A stretch of DNA of 63,108 nucleotides, filler included, from Phoronis australis (lineage: Eukaryota; Animalia; Phoronida): assembly GCA_002633005.1 (NCBI GenBank). It is 3 parts of 3 records of this genome, joined end to end, with 100 filler letters (N's around TTAATTAATTAA, not from the genome) between each part and the next. Parts side by side here need not be neighbours in the genome. Positions count along the whole stretch, not along the records: positions 51,020 to 63,108 come from NMRA01001655.1; 2 more parts are not named here. One strand, written 5' to 3'. A program made the position numbers and the translations under genes. Of the stretch, positions 62,401 to 63,108 are shown piece by piece; the stretch's first letter is position 1; each line of letters begins with the position of its first letter. Below the pieces are notes generated by a model that saw only the letters and a list, made by a program, of their open reading frames with translations, was not told the origin of the DNA and did not search any database.

Positions 62401-63108
62401 ATGTATCAACCAACTTGCTCTATATGGCCACTGCTCTGTGAAAAGCACCCACCGCGCCAGCTCGTGAATTTCCTTGTCGCTCATCTTTTCCCCCCTCATC
62501 ACAAGTTTAAATGTTGCCATCAGTATGTTACGAATACGTTTGATATTTCGCGCGTTAGGTGCGAGGAATTGACTCGTTTCTCTCAAACCATCCATCGCTG
62601 TTCTCAACGAGGCATTCTCAACTTCTCTTTGCTCATCACTTTTTGACGGCGTACCACCGCCCGGCTTTCGCTCATTCATTTGGATACCATGTACGGGTCC
62701 ACGTTCAAAGTGTTCAGGTTCAACTTTACTGTCATTACGGACGTCATTACTGGACTTTTCTGTTTTCACCATGGCGTTAACATACTGCTTAACTGGCTCG
62801 TCCGTAGGCAAAGGGATGCAAAAAGGCAGGTGGATGATTTTCTTTAAATACTCGTGACCGTTAATATTAGCATTCAACAGCACTTTGGGATATGATTGCT
62901 CGATAGCTTTCACGATAATTAGTGGATCAATGGCAACTAACGAAATGAAGGGCAGAGTGTTATCGGAGAACAATATATTAACTGCTTCAAGAATTTTGTG
63001 AATTTTGTCTTTTTCCACTCTGTCAAGATCGTCAATGATTATAAGTAGGCGATAATCTGTCTGGTATATGTATTCCATATATCTAATAAAATCCTTGATA
63101 AAGTATAC
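58944..63108 (-). CDS. KAP-family P-loop NTPase (NKPD1-like) fused to C-terminal TIR domain; partial gene, 5' part beyond the window
   Basis: Exon >63108-62034 (donor gaag|gtacaa, phase 1) joins exon 59428-58944 (phase 1) without frameshift. Confidence 0.7.
60071..60838 (+). mobile_element. Solo LTR (BEL/Pao-like), 768 bp, in the KAP-TIR intron
   Basis: TGTT...AGAACA termini, 5-bp TSD GAAAA (60066-60070/60839-60843), AATAAA at 60767, TATA-like tttaaaa near 60182. Confidence 0.7.
62034..63108 (-). CDS. KAP-family P-loop NTPase exon (Walker B and C-terminal helical region), NKPD1/KIDINS220-like
   Basis: RLLIIIDDLDR (KAP Walker B), PFISLVAIDP, NGHEYLKKIIHLPFCIP, NARNIKRIRN, LARWVLFTEQWPYRASWL, LD..P.LF..FL, TVNLD. 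Confidence 0.92.

Overview
Repeat-rich animal (invertebrate bilaterian, probably marine) genomic DNA from a gapped draft assembly. It is not prokaryotic, so most short ORFs in the track are noise. Four host genes can be rebuilt from splice signals. (1) Three exons of an uninflatable/SP1070-like C-type-lectin + LDLa gene (minus, ~0.5-2.0 kb). (2) A complete 11-coding-exon, 552-aa TRAF2-like gene (plus, 22910-41681; RING, 5 TRAF zinc fingers, coiled coil, MATH). (3) An orphan APEX2-like terminal zf-GRF exon with a 1-bp frameshift (51198-51663). (4) The 3' part of an NKPD1-like KAP-family P-loop NTPase whose long exon splices in phase to a terminal exon encoding a TICAM/TRIF-like TIR domain (minus, 58944-63108). 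This KAP-NTPase-TIR fusion is the best candidate for an undescribed innate-immune system. The rest is transposon-derived: Penelope-like elements with hammerhead-like motifs, L1/Tx1 and LOA-type LINEs plus partner tRNA-SINEs, Kolobok, Academ, Sola1, hAT-type MITEs with 5-bp TSDs, a BEL/Pao solo LTR, a 6.4-kb modular foldback structure and minisatellites. All family assignments come from motif recognition by eye, not database searches.
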